A stretch of 64,000 nt of DNA from Myxococcota bacterium. Its GTDB lineage: Bacteria > Myxococcota_A > Bradymonadia > UBA7976 > UBA1532. The stretch is from contig JAYZEG010000062.1 of NCBI GenBank assembly GCA_036337435.1, positions 32,001 through 96,000 on the forward strand, read 5' to 3'. Under the pieces are notes generated by a model that saw only the letters and a list, made by a program, of their open reading frames with translations, did not search any database and was not told the origin of the DNA. Both the position numbers and the translations under genes were made by a program. Positions 8,896 to 19,913 of this stretch are shown here, piece by piece; the stretch's first letter is position 1; each line of letters begins with the position of its first letter.

Positions 8896-10383
8896 TTAAA
8901 ACAAGCGCTTTCGTTTAGAGCTAGGAAGAATATTCATTGCTTCTCGATATTTCGCAACGGTTCTCCTTGCAATCGTGACGCCTTCTTCTTTCAACAGATT
9001 AACGAGTTTTTGGTCAGATAAAGGTTTCTTAGGTGGTTCTGCGGCTACGAGTTGCCGAATTTTACTTTTAACGGCCTCGCTGGCCAGGTCGCCCTGCTCA
9101 CCCTGAATCGAGGAATTGAAGAAGTATTTGAGTTCGAACATCCCTTGTGGGGTGTGGACGTATTTGTTTGTCGTGACTCTGCTGACGGTGGATTCGTGCA
9201 TACCGATGTCGTCGGCGACATCCTTGAGGATCAGCGGCTTGAGACGCTCCACGCCCAAATCGAAGAAGTCCCGCTGAAACTTAATGATGCTCTCGGTCAC
9301 TTTAACAATGGTTTTCTGTCGCTGATCGATGCTGCGAATCAACCAGGCTGCCGAGTTCAGCTTTTCAGTGACATACTTCTTTGTCTCAGACGAATCTGCG
9401 CCGCGTAATGCATTTCGATAGAATTTGGAGATTCGGAGCCGGGGCATACCATCATCGTTAAGAACGGTTTTATAACCGCCGTTTTCTTCGTCTTTTCGGA
9501 TATAGATATCCGGTGTGATATATCGAGTTGTCTCCGTGGAAAATGGACGGCCTGGTCTTGGTTCAAGCTGGCAAATTAACTTGGCTGCTTCAATGACCTC
9601 ATCGAGCTCGATGCCCATCGTTCGGGCGATCACCTGGTAATTTTTCTTTTCCAGGTTGTCCATGTGGTCACTGATGACGTCTTCTACGATGGCACCAAGT
9701 TCCAGCAATCGCGCCTGAATCAGCAGACACTCGCCCAAGTCACGGGCACCGACACCGGGCGGATCGAAACCTTGGAGAAGCTCCAAGACTTCTTCCACAT
9801 ATTCGAAATCGTTTCCCGTCTCGTGGCAGACCATGGAAATGATAGCGTCGCTTGAAATTGCGTCGCCATCTTCGTCCCGACCTTTTAAATAACCCTCGTC
9901 ATTAATATTGCCGATGAGGATGATGGCCACACGTTCTTCTTGCTCGGTAAAATCGGATACCTGTAATTGCCACATTAAGTGGTCGAACAGAGTCTCGGTG
10001 CGCGTAAGCGTCGCTTCATAACCGGGCAGATCATCATCGCGTAAGCGCTGCTGCCCCGTGCTGGGCGTTGGTGATGAGTAATTTTCGAAATACGATTCCC
10101 AATCGATATCAGTTCGTTGCTCAGTAATGTTTTCTTCTACTTGGACATCGGCGGTTTGCTCGTTTTTCTCTCTCTTTTCAACATCCTGTGCCGATTCGAC
10201 CCGGGCTTCCGATGCTGTTATCTCGGAGTTTTCCTCCAGCATCGGGTTTTCCATCAACTCATCGCGAACGGCTTCGATGAGGTCCGTACGTGCTAGTTGC
10301 AATAGCTTGATCGCTTGCTGCAGCTGCGGTGTCATCACCAGTTGCTGCTGCATTTTTAGATCAAGTCTGAGGTCAAGTCCCAT
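8896..10383 (-). CDS. rpoN: RNA polymerase sigma-54 factor
   Basis: QQLVMTPQLQQAIKLLQL region I, HESTVSRVT HTH, ARRTVAKYRE RpoN box. Start taken at MGLDLRL (10383); the ORF track extends to 10401. Confidence 0.97.
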   Translation of the reverse strand: MGLDLRLDLKMQQQLVMTPQLQQAIKLLQLARTDLIEAVRDELMENPMLEENSEITASEARVESAQDVEKREKNEQTADVQVEENITEQRTDIDWESYFENYSSPTPSTGQQRLRDDDLPGYEATLTRTETLFDHLMWQLQVSDFTEQEERVAIILIGNINDEGYLKGRDEDGDAISSDAIISMVCHETGNDFEYVEEVLELLQGFDPPGVGARDLGECLLIQARLLELGAIVEDVISDHMDNLEKKNYQVIARTMGIELDEVIEAAKLICQLEPRPGRPFSTETTRYITPDIYIRKDEENGGYKTVLNDDGMPRLRISKFYRNALRGADSSETKKYVTEKLNSAAWLIRSIDQRQKTIVKVTESIIKFQRDFFDLGVERLKPLILKDVADDIGMHESTVSRVTTNKYVHTPQGMFELKYFFNSSIQGEQGDLASEAVKSKIRQLVAAEPPKKPLSDQKLVNLLKEEGVTIARRTVAKYREAMNILPSSKRKRLF

Positions 10384-10439
10384 TGAGCATCCATATTTCA
10401 ATACGTTCGACGAGCCTGACGGCTCAAGTGTACGCTACC

Positions 10440-11165
10440 TCATTTTTTCGCAGTGCCATAGTGTGTACCTAAATAGGTATCCCGAACTCGGATATTTTGT
10501 GCAACTTCGTCCGGGTCGCCACGACAGATGATGTTGCCTTCGTGGAGTATATAGATCTGGTCACAGAGGGCCAGCGATTGAGACACATCATGATCGGTTA
10601 AGAGAACAGCTGTTCCCCTCTTTGCGATCTGTCTCAAATGCATGGACACGTCCTGTACAGCGATTGGATCAAGGGCTGCAAAAGGTTCATCGGCCAAAAG
10701 TACAGTCGGTGTAACTCCGAATCCGCGCGCCAATTCAACCCGCCGTTTCTCCCCGCCGCTCAGATTCGATCCCTTCGCTTGAGCCAATTTTTCAAGACCG
10801 AATCTCTTCATGAGCTCATACCGGCGGTTTTTGCGCTCTGCCTTGGACAAACTCAACAAACCAAAATCAATATTTTCTTCCACGGTAAAGTCGAGTAGCA
10901 CCGACGGCTCTTGTGGTATGTAGGCGAGACCCAGCCGACAACGGCCCCAAAGCGGTCGCTTTTCGACTCGATGGCCCGATAAATTAATCGCTGTATTTCT
11001 CGCTGTTAATTGTCCAGTGAGTAACTTGAAAAGAGTCGTTTTACCGGCCCCATTGGGCCCTAAAACACCAACGATTTGACCTTTGTCCACATCAATGTCG
11101 ATGTGGTTGAGAACCAATCGCCGTCCATATGTGTAGTTTAGGTTTTTTGCTGAGAGTGCAGTCAT
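10440..11165 (-). CDS. lptB: LPS export ABC transporter ATPase LptB
   Basis: GPNGAGKTT, YIPQEPS, LSGGEKRRVELAR, DEPFAALDPIAV, LTDH; lptA-lptB-rpoN synteny. Confidence 0.9.
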   Translation of the reverse strand: MTALSAKNLNYTYGRRLVLNHIDIDVDKGQIVGVLGPNGAGKTTLFKLLTGQLTARNTAINLSGHRVEKRPLWGRCRLGLAYIPQEPSVLLDFTVEENIDFGLLSLSKAERKNRRYELMKRFGLEKLAQAKGSNLSGGEKRRVELARGFGVTPTVLLADEPFAALDPIAVQDVSMHLRQIAKRGTAVLLTDHDVSQSLALCDQIYILHEGNIICRGDPDEVAQNIRVRDTYLGTHYGTAKK

Positions 11166-11617
11166 CTGTTTTGCGGTTGGATTTGCTTTAATTGTTTCAA
11201 ATCAAACACACCCTTTGGTTTATCGACGACGATTCGTTCGCTGCTCAGCCAGATCGAAATACGCTGTCCGACCAGACGGCTTCCGTTCCTGGTCAAGCTT
11301 GGTTGTCCAGTAAGTACTAAGGTTTGTTGGTTTTGGTCGTAGGCCGCTCGTTTGGCTGTTGCCTTCATGTTGCCTTTGTCGACTTTGACATCGCCAATTG
11401 CATTGAGTTCGATCAATTCGCTGTCTTTGTACCGACCGGTCAGTCGTGTGCAAGATAATTTGAGAGACCCGCGGACAACCAATACATTGCCGCTGAATTC
11501 AACCTGTCCACTGCGATGTATGATTTCAACTCGATCGGCACTAATCTGAACTTTTTTCGCCGCATGAGTCGTTGGAGCCACGGGGGTAGACATAGCAATG
11601 ATCAAAAGAAGAAGCAT
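11162..11617 (-). CDS. lptA: LPS transport periplasmic protein LptA (OstA-like)
   Basis: Signal peptide; ISAD...FSGNV...A.GDV...LTGQP...G.RI beta-jellyroll pattern; overlaps the lptB start. Confidence 0.85.
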   Translation of the reverse strand: MLLLLIIAMSTPVAPTTHAAKKVQISADRVEIIHRSGQVEFSGNVLVVRGSLKLSCTRLTGRYKDSELIELNAIGDVKVDKGNMKATAKRAAYDQNQQTLVLTGQPSLTRNGSRLVGQRISIWLSSERIVVDKPKGVFDLKQLKQIQPQNR

Positions 11618-11646
11618 GGCTAGATTGTTATCGGTTTTTCAGTTGG

Positions 11647-14172
<2,526 letters not shown>

Positions 14173-14461
14173 TCGAGAAGTAGAATATCGTTGTCGTAGA
14201 GCAGCCACCCGTCAAGGGTCTTTGCTTACCGGTCAAGGTGTCGAGCTGACCACCGACTTTTTTTGTGACCCGCACGTTTTAGATAATCCCGTTCATCAAG
14301 GCGGCTCAAGGACTTCAAAAAGCCACCAAAGCAGAGGGCCCAGAGGCGTGATTCTGATCATGGAGTTGCCACATCCCCGTACCCTCGATTAGGATTGGGC
14401 CGAGCACGACAACCATGCTCAACATGGTGACAGGTTATCTGGTATTTTATCGGACCAGCAT

Positions 14462-15673
14462 TTGTGGGAGAACGCTGTGAAAAAGAGTTTCGTGAGTGGT
14501 CATGAATCATATCTGAGCGCGAGGGGATTCCAATTGACCCGTTGTTTGGTCGTCATGACATGGATGATAAGTTTGGTGGCGGCTGACATGGCTTTCGCTC
14601 AAGCGAGTGATTACGAAGATGCCAAGCGTCAGGCTGCAGAGGCCTTTAAAGGCGGAGATTTCGACAAAGCTGCTCGCCTTTTCCGACAAGCGTTCGATTT
14701 TAGCCCCCGGGGCAATCTGCTCTTCAATGTTGGTTTTTGCTACGAGAAGGCTGGTAATCGACTTGAGGCCATTAAGTATTATAAACGTTTTTTAGACGCC
14801 GTTCCCAACTCTCCTCGCCGGTCCGATGTACAAGATAAAATCACCGACCTGTCAAAGGGGCTTGATTCCCGTTACAGGCAGGTCATCGTGACAACCGAAC
14901 CCCCTGGCGCATACATTTACTTGAATGAGCGATCCAGCGGCGCGGTGGGAAAATCACCCGTGCAGATCCCCTTGTTGCCGGGTAAGCACAAGGTGATTGC
15001 GCACCACAAAGACTTCGAGCCCGAAGAACGGGATATTACTGTCGGCTCCGATGCAGAGACCAAAGTTGATATCGTATTGCTGCCGAGTGAAGAGTTTGCG
15101 GACGTGAAATTTATGGTTTCAGAACGGGGCGTCGATGTCATGGTCGATCGGCGTCGAGTCGGCAAGAGTCCTATCGTTGGTGTCAAACGAATCCGGCAAG
15201 GTAAACACCAAGTCATTGCGATGAAGCAAGGTTTCGAAAATTGGAATCGCACCATCACAGTGCAAGGCGGGAAGGGCCAAACAATCGATATCCAAATGCT
15301 GGCTGAGGGTGTTGTTGAATCCGGTGTCGATGACGAGTCCACCCCATCTAAGGTTTGGCCTTGGGTGACGATGGGGGTCGGTACAGCGATCTTGGCCGGT
15401 GGCACTGTGACCGGCTTGATGGCGAGCGGACTTTACAACAAACTGGATGAAAAAAAGCAGCTGTCCGAACCCATTGCTCAGTCTGATATAGACACGGGCA
15501 ACCGGCTTGTCTTGATGACCAACGTCATGTTTGGTTTGGGAACGGCTATCGTAGCCGGTGGATTGACATGGTATTTTATGGAACCGGCACCGGTCGATTC
15601 TGAGGGTGATATTACAACGGTCTTTGTTCCCATTGAACGCGGTGGAGCGATCCACATAGGAGGGCAGTTCTAA
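14462..15673 (+). CDS. TPR + PEGA domain protein with C-terminal hydrophobic hairpin (true start may be downstream)
   Basis: Signal-like segment ending AFA-Q; TPR (LLFNVGFCYEKAG...AIKYYKRFL); two PEGA repeats (TEPPGA.IY...G.SP...PGKH.V); two TM segments; C-terminal beta strand ending in F. Confidence 0.85.
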   Translation: MWENAVKKSFVSGHESYLSARGFQLTRCLVVMTWMISLVAADMAFAQASDYEDAKRQAAEAFKGGDFDKAARLFRQAFDFSPRGNLLFNVGFCYEKAGNRLEAIKYYKRFLDAVPNSPRRSDVQDKITDLSKGLDSRYRQVIVTTEPPGAYIYLNERSSGAVGKSPVQIPLLPGKHKVIAHHKDFEPEERDITVGSDAETKVDIVLLPSEEFADVKFMVSERGVDVMVDRRRVGKSPIVGVKRIRQGKHQVIAMKQGFENWNRTITVQGGKGQTIDIQMLAEGVVESGVDDESTPSKVWPWVTMGVGTAILAGGTVTGLMASGLYNKLDEKKQLSEPIAQSDIDTGNRLVLMTNVMFGLGTAIVAGGLTWYFMEPAPVDSEGDITTVFVPIERGGAIHIGGQF

Positions 15674-18600
15674 TGTTTAATCTCCTGTGCAAGTACATGG
15701 TGACCCTTTCTTTTGTCCTTTTGACTGCTGGTTGTTCTTTGGATTTTGAAGAATTTTCTGCACCAAGCGAGCCTGACTTAGGTATGGCCGACATCCCTGA
15801 TGGCACTGTGCTCGATTCGGGGGCTGATCAAGGGTCTATGGTCATGCCCGATATGACCCTTGATCTTGGTTTAGATGATGCCGATGGCGATGGTGTGCCA
15901 GATGGTGATGACAACTGTCCCAATGAGGCCAATCCGGACCAATTAGACCTCGATGAGGATGGCCTTGGTGACGCTTGTGATGATGATGCTGACGGTGATG
16001 ATGTCGTCGACGATAACGACAACTGTCCAATGGTTGCTAACCCGGATCAGCTTGATCTAAATGGCGACAGCGAGGGCGATGCCTGTGACGGAGATATCGA
16101 TGGAGATGACGTCAGCAATGAGGATGAGGAGACCAATGGCACGGATCCCTACAATCCCGACAGCGATTATGACGGGGTGGCCGATGGCCCATCCGGTGAT
16201 CCAGATTCAGTCGCAGACCTTTGTCCATTGGCCATCGACCCCTTGAATCTCGACCGGGATAACGACGGAATTGGTGACGTGTGTGACGATGATGATGATG
16301 GCGATGGCATTAAAGATTGGTGGGACGATTGCCATCTTGGAGACAATGTTGCGGGAGATGACCCCGCGGTCGGCGCAGCGCGTTGTCAAGAGGACTACGA
16401 TCACGATGGTGTCTTGGACGTCGATGATCCATGTCCCTATCGCCCCGGGCTGCCTCAGACACCGGAGGGTCAACCCTGCGAGACCAACGTGGATTCATTC
16501 ACTTACGCTCGCGAGACCCGTGACCTTTTTGTTCTGCGGGTAAATGGTCAAGTCAATCTATCGCGCTTGCTCGCAGCGACGGCCGGCGGTCTTGTCGTGG
16601 GTTCACAACCTCCGTCCGTGATTGGTTTAAATACGGGTCTCGATGATTACAGTGTCCGTACGCTGCATGCATCTCAAGATGATTGGTTTCTCCTCACGGA
16701 CAGTGGCCTATCCATCTACGACCCTAATACGGCGCGTGTTTTTAATGTCCATCGTCGCGAACTGCCATCGGGCATTGATTCACAATTAACCGCTGTTGCA
16801 GGTGGTCCAGACACCATCTGGGTTGCGTCAGACCGTGGCTTGAACGTGTTGAAAGATGGGGCTTGGACGCTGCTTGGCGAAGAGACTTTACCCGCCACTG
16901 AAGTCACTGATTTACATTGGGATGCTCTCGACCGAGTTTGGGCGATTACGCCCGCAGGTCTCGTTCGTTTTGTCGGCGGTGAAATAGATTTTACGCTCGA
17001 TGCCTTGCCTATGGAGGTTGGCGCACTCGTTTCGGTCTCTGAGTCTCCCGACGCTGAAATGTGGGTCTTTGGTGAACAGGCTGCATTCATCATCGGGGCT
17101 GACGACACAATTACAAACGTATTACCCGATGTCGTGGGTACTGGTGCGGCTCATAATGGCTCTGAGACCTATGTTGCTCATGAGTCCGGGCTGATTAGAG
17201 TAGATGAGTCCATGAGGTCTTATCCAGTGTCACGAGCTCCAATTCCGGAGAGTCAGGTCACGTCTGTTGCCCCTGATCCCGGTCTTAACATAACGGCGGA
17301 TCGTTTTTGGGCCGGCACATCCAAAGGCATATTTAATTTTGGCGGAGCATTTGCCACCTATGGTGCCAATCAAACGCCCAGCTGCGTTCGTTTTACCGAC
17401 CGAATTAGGGGAGTTGAGGGCCTTTGGATAGGGACAGATTCGGGTCTTTTAAGACAGTCGACAAGCGGGTCCATCGAAGCATTAGATGGCTCACTTCTGC
17501 CGGGATATGATCCCAATACAGGGACGTCTCCAAGGGTTAATTTTGCAGTCCGAGTTGATGGGCAAATTTGGGTCGGGACATCTCATGGGGTTGGTCGATA
17601 CGAGCTCAATGGTGAGCCCGCTGGCGCGCTACAAGGCGTTTTCGATGAGCCCGTCGACGTCTTAAGTTTTGAACAATACGGGCAAGACATTTGGCTGGGC
17701 ACAGCAAATCATGGACTCAGGCGCCGCAATGATGCTGGTCAATGGGAACCGCCGTACACGACGGCCAGCACATCTGACTTCCTCGTTAGCAATCAGATCA
17801 CAGGCTTAGCAATTCGGGGGGATATTTTGTGGATCTCCACCCCGTCAGGGATTTCAAAATTCGCTCTGATAAGCAGTGAGTTCTTAGACCCCGTGACGTT
17901 GCGCGGCGGTCGATTACTGACCAACAATATCACGGGTGTTTCGGCCAACGACGGATTTCTATTTTTCGAATCATCTGAGGGGGTGTCCGTTCAGTCTGGA
18001 CTAGATGACTGGACTCATCTGCGTCGAGACAACAATTCGATTCCTGATGAGGCGGGGACCAATACCGTTTTAGCAACAACCTTTGATGGCGAATATCTGT
18101 GGGTTCTCTTGGGGAACTCAGCGAGACAGCCGAACGGGTCATTATTACGGCGCTCGCCAGACCCAAATGTCAATGCGCCGGAGACGATGACACTCTTTCC
18201 GCTGGGAGAGATCGGCTTGCCAGCAGTTGGTGATGCGACAACAGCGACCATGTCGGCAAAGACCACGGACGGTGGCGAGATCAGAATTGGATTTTGCGGT
18301 GATGACAACACTCCAGGGGGTGCGTCTATCCTGGGTGCCCGCGAGCTGCTGCTCGGCAGCTTGGCCGACAGGTTTAACCAGCAAACGCGGTACGCTCTGA
18401 AGGGTCGGGGGGTCGACTCAGCACTGGTTACAGGGCCGACAGGACTGCCGATGTTGGTTGGGCGTGAAGATCAACAAGCCATTGCAACTGAATTGGTACC
18501 CTTTGATGAACAGGCACCGGCGAATCCGTGGCCGACAGAAATCTCGCTGCCCAATTCTTTTAACCAGCCGCCAACCGATTGTGATTTAACTCCAGACGGG

Positions 18601-19320
18601 GAGAGACTGTGGTGTCTATTCGGAACTGAGGGGTTTGCGAGGCGAGAAAATGACGGACAGGCTGCTGTTCAATGGCAACCGACCGATGCCGATACCATCG
18701 GACTACTCTCCAATGCCGAGTTGCGCAAGATCGCTGTTCTAGGGCCAAGCAGCTGGTGGATGGCCACAAATAAAGGGATTTTTCGTTATCAAGGGGGTGG
18801 TTTCCTTGATTATAATGTGGTTCGAACCGGCGGTGAATTGCCGAGCGACGACGTGCGAACAATCTTTGTGCATGATGACAAGGTCTATGCAGGGACTGCC
18901 CTCGGAGTTGGCATTCTGGACTTGGGTGAAAACAGCTGGACAACACTCGGTCGAGCTGAATTGGGCCGGCACTCTTCGGTAAGAAGTCTTGCCTTGGCAG
19001 ATGACCAGACTTTATGGATCGGATCAGATCAGGGGCTGGTCAAGTACCCATTAGCTGATGGTGAGCAAGAACTGCAAATCTTCACGACAGAAGATAATTT
19101 ACCTGCCCTTCGCATAAATGACATTGTGATCTCTGAATCCGGCCGAGTGATTGTCGCGACCCCGGGTGGCCTCGCACACAGGGCTGGCATGGGCCGTTTT
19201 GAACGCGTCGGCTTTGCACAAGGCTTGCCGGGTCGAGCTGCCAAACAGCTGTTTATGGATGCCACTCGATATGTTTGGGTCCTCAGCGATTTTGGCGTTG
19301 GACGTCTGAACTTGGAGTGA
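15673..19320 (+). CDS. Large lipoprotein: thrombospondin type-3 Ca-binding repeats followed by multiple Reg_prop-like beta-propeller blades
   Basis: Lipobox LTAGC; repeated D.DGDG..D..DNCP...NPDQ.D.D.DG.GDACD; many W(V/I)GT..G(L/V) blades and LPS..V..I motifs; TAATG overlap with the upstream gene. Confidence 0.85.
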   Translation: MFNLLCKYMVTLSFVLLTAGCSLDFEEFSAPSEPDLGMADIPDGTVLDSGADQGSMVMPDMTLDLGLDDADGDGVPDGDDNCPNEANPDQLDLDEDGLGDACDDDADGDDVVDDNDNCPMVANPDQLDLNGDSEGDACDGDIDGDDVSNEDEETNGTDPYNPDSDYDGVADGPSGDPDSVADLCPLAIDPLNLDRDNDGIGDVCDDDDDGDGIKDWWDDCHLGDNVAGDDPAVGAARCQEDYDHDGVLDVDDPCPYRPGLPQTPEGQPCETNVDSFTYARETRDLFVLRVNGQVNLSRLLAATAGGLVVGSQPPSVIGLNTGLDDYSVRTLHASQDDWFLLTDSGLSIYDPNTARVFNVHRRELPSGIDSQLTAVAGGPDTIWVASDRGLNVLKDGAWTLLGEETLPATEVTDLHWDALDRVWAITPAGLVRFVGGEIDFTLDALPMEVGALVSVSESPDAEMWVFGEQAAFIIGADDTITNVLPDVVGTGAAHNGSETYVAHESGLIRVDESMRSYPVSRAPIPESQVTSVAPDPGLNITADRFWAGTSKGIFNFGGAFATYGANQTPSCVRFTDRIRGVEGLWIGTDSGLLRQSTSGSIEALDGSLLPGYDPNTGTSPRVNFAVRVDGQIWVGTSHGVGRYELNGEPAGALQGVFDEPVDVLSFEQYGQDIWLGTANHGLRRRNDAGQWEPPYTTASTSDFLVSNQITGLAIRGDILWISTPSGISKFALISSEFLDPVTLRGGRLLTNNITGVSANDGFLFFESSEGVSVQSGLDDWTHLRRDNNSIPDEAGTNTVLATTFDGEYLWVLLGNSARQPNGSLLRRSPDPNVNAPETMTLFPLGEIGLPAVGDATTATMSAKTTDGGEIRIGFCGDDNTPGGASILGARELLLGSLADRFNQQTRYALKGRGVDSALVTGPTGLPMLVGREDQQAIATELVPFDEQAPANPWPTEISLPNSFNQPPTDCDLTPDGERLWCLFGTEGFARRENDGQAAVQWQPTDADTIGLLSNAELRKIAVLGPSSWWMATNKGIFRYQGGGFLDYNVVRTGGELPSDDVRTIFVHDDKVYAGTALGVGILDLGENSWTTLGRAELGRHSSVRSLALADDQTLWIGSDQGLVKYPLADGEQELQIFTTEDNLPALRINDIVISESGRVIVATPGGLAHRAGMGRFERVGFAQGLPGRAAKQLFMDATRYVWVLSDFGVGRLNLE

Positions 19321-19506
19321 GACACTGAGCTGTATGTCGTCGGATCCGAATGTCTGTGATTAGAGCGAGCGCGGCAATAGGGCGAAATAGACGGACGGCT
19401 CCTAATCCATACATCGGTCTTCAGTCCCTCGACTTGAAAAAAAAATGCACTTAACTGAAAAAAAGTTTCGACGTCTAAATCCCCAAAATAAAAGGATTGT
19501 CGTAGA

Positions 19507-19675
19507 CTGGCATGGATAAGTTTAAAGCAGCTTGAGCTCAATCTTTTAGAAACCGCTTTATGTGGACGATGTCTTGTTTGGCTTCGGAACTCGTAAAGAC
19601 TCGAGTTTTGGACGCTCCGCGAATCGAGACCCATCGACAAGTGGATTTTAAGCTCGGCAAATACCCCGGCCGGGC
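19507..19675 (+). ncRNA. Candidate structured ncRNA, about 170-nt irregular rod (6S RNA-like)
   Basis: Nested complementary segments found by hand: 19583-93/19602-12, 19571-80/19620-30, 19567-70/19633-36, 19553-58/19639-44, 19529-36/19647-54, 19507-11/19669-73. A strong terminator follows immediately. Family not confirmed. Confidence 0.45.
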
Positions 19676-19681
19676 CTGACT

Positions 19682-19719
19682 TGAGCCCGACTGCCCCCAG
19701 TCGGGCTCATCCTTTTTTT
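19682..19719 (+). terminator. Rho-independent terminator
   Basis: Perfect 12-bp stem TGAGCCCGACTG / CAGTCGGGCTCA with a CCCC loop, then TCC and T7. Confidence 0.88.
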
Positions 19720-19913
19720 GGCCCATTTAATTATTGACGGTTCTCTGCATTGCTTCGTTTTAAACGAGGTCCGAATTGGGGACATGAATACTAAATTCAT
19801 TGAGATAAAGACTTCACTTGGGAGTATTTGCTATGCTCCTGTTCAGGGACGCTTAAGGTGCTTTCCTCGAGGTCATCGACAATCACCATCGTTTTAAATG
19901 TCCGTAGGATACC

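Noticed and set aside
15870..16440. GAT/GAC-rich repeats resembling a DNA repeat array
   Set aside because: They are coding TSP3 Asp-rich repeats, with no constant repeat-spacer structure.
19560..19679. 39-codon ORF (MWTMSCLASELVKTR...) ending just before the terminator
   Set aside because: No convincing RBS or motif, and the extensive base-pairing fits an RNA better. Not fully excluded.
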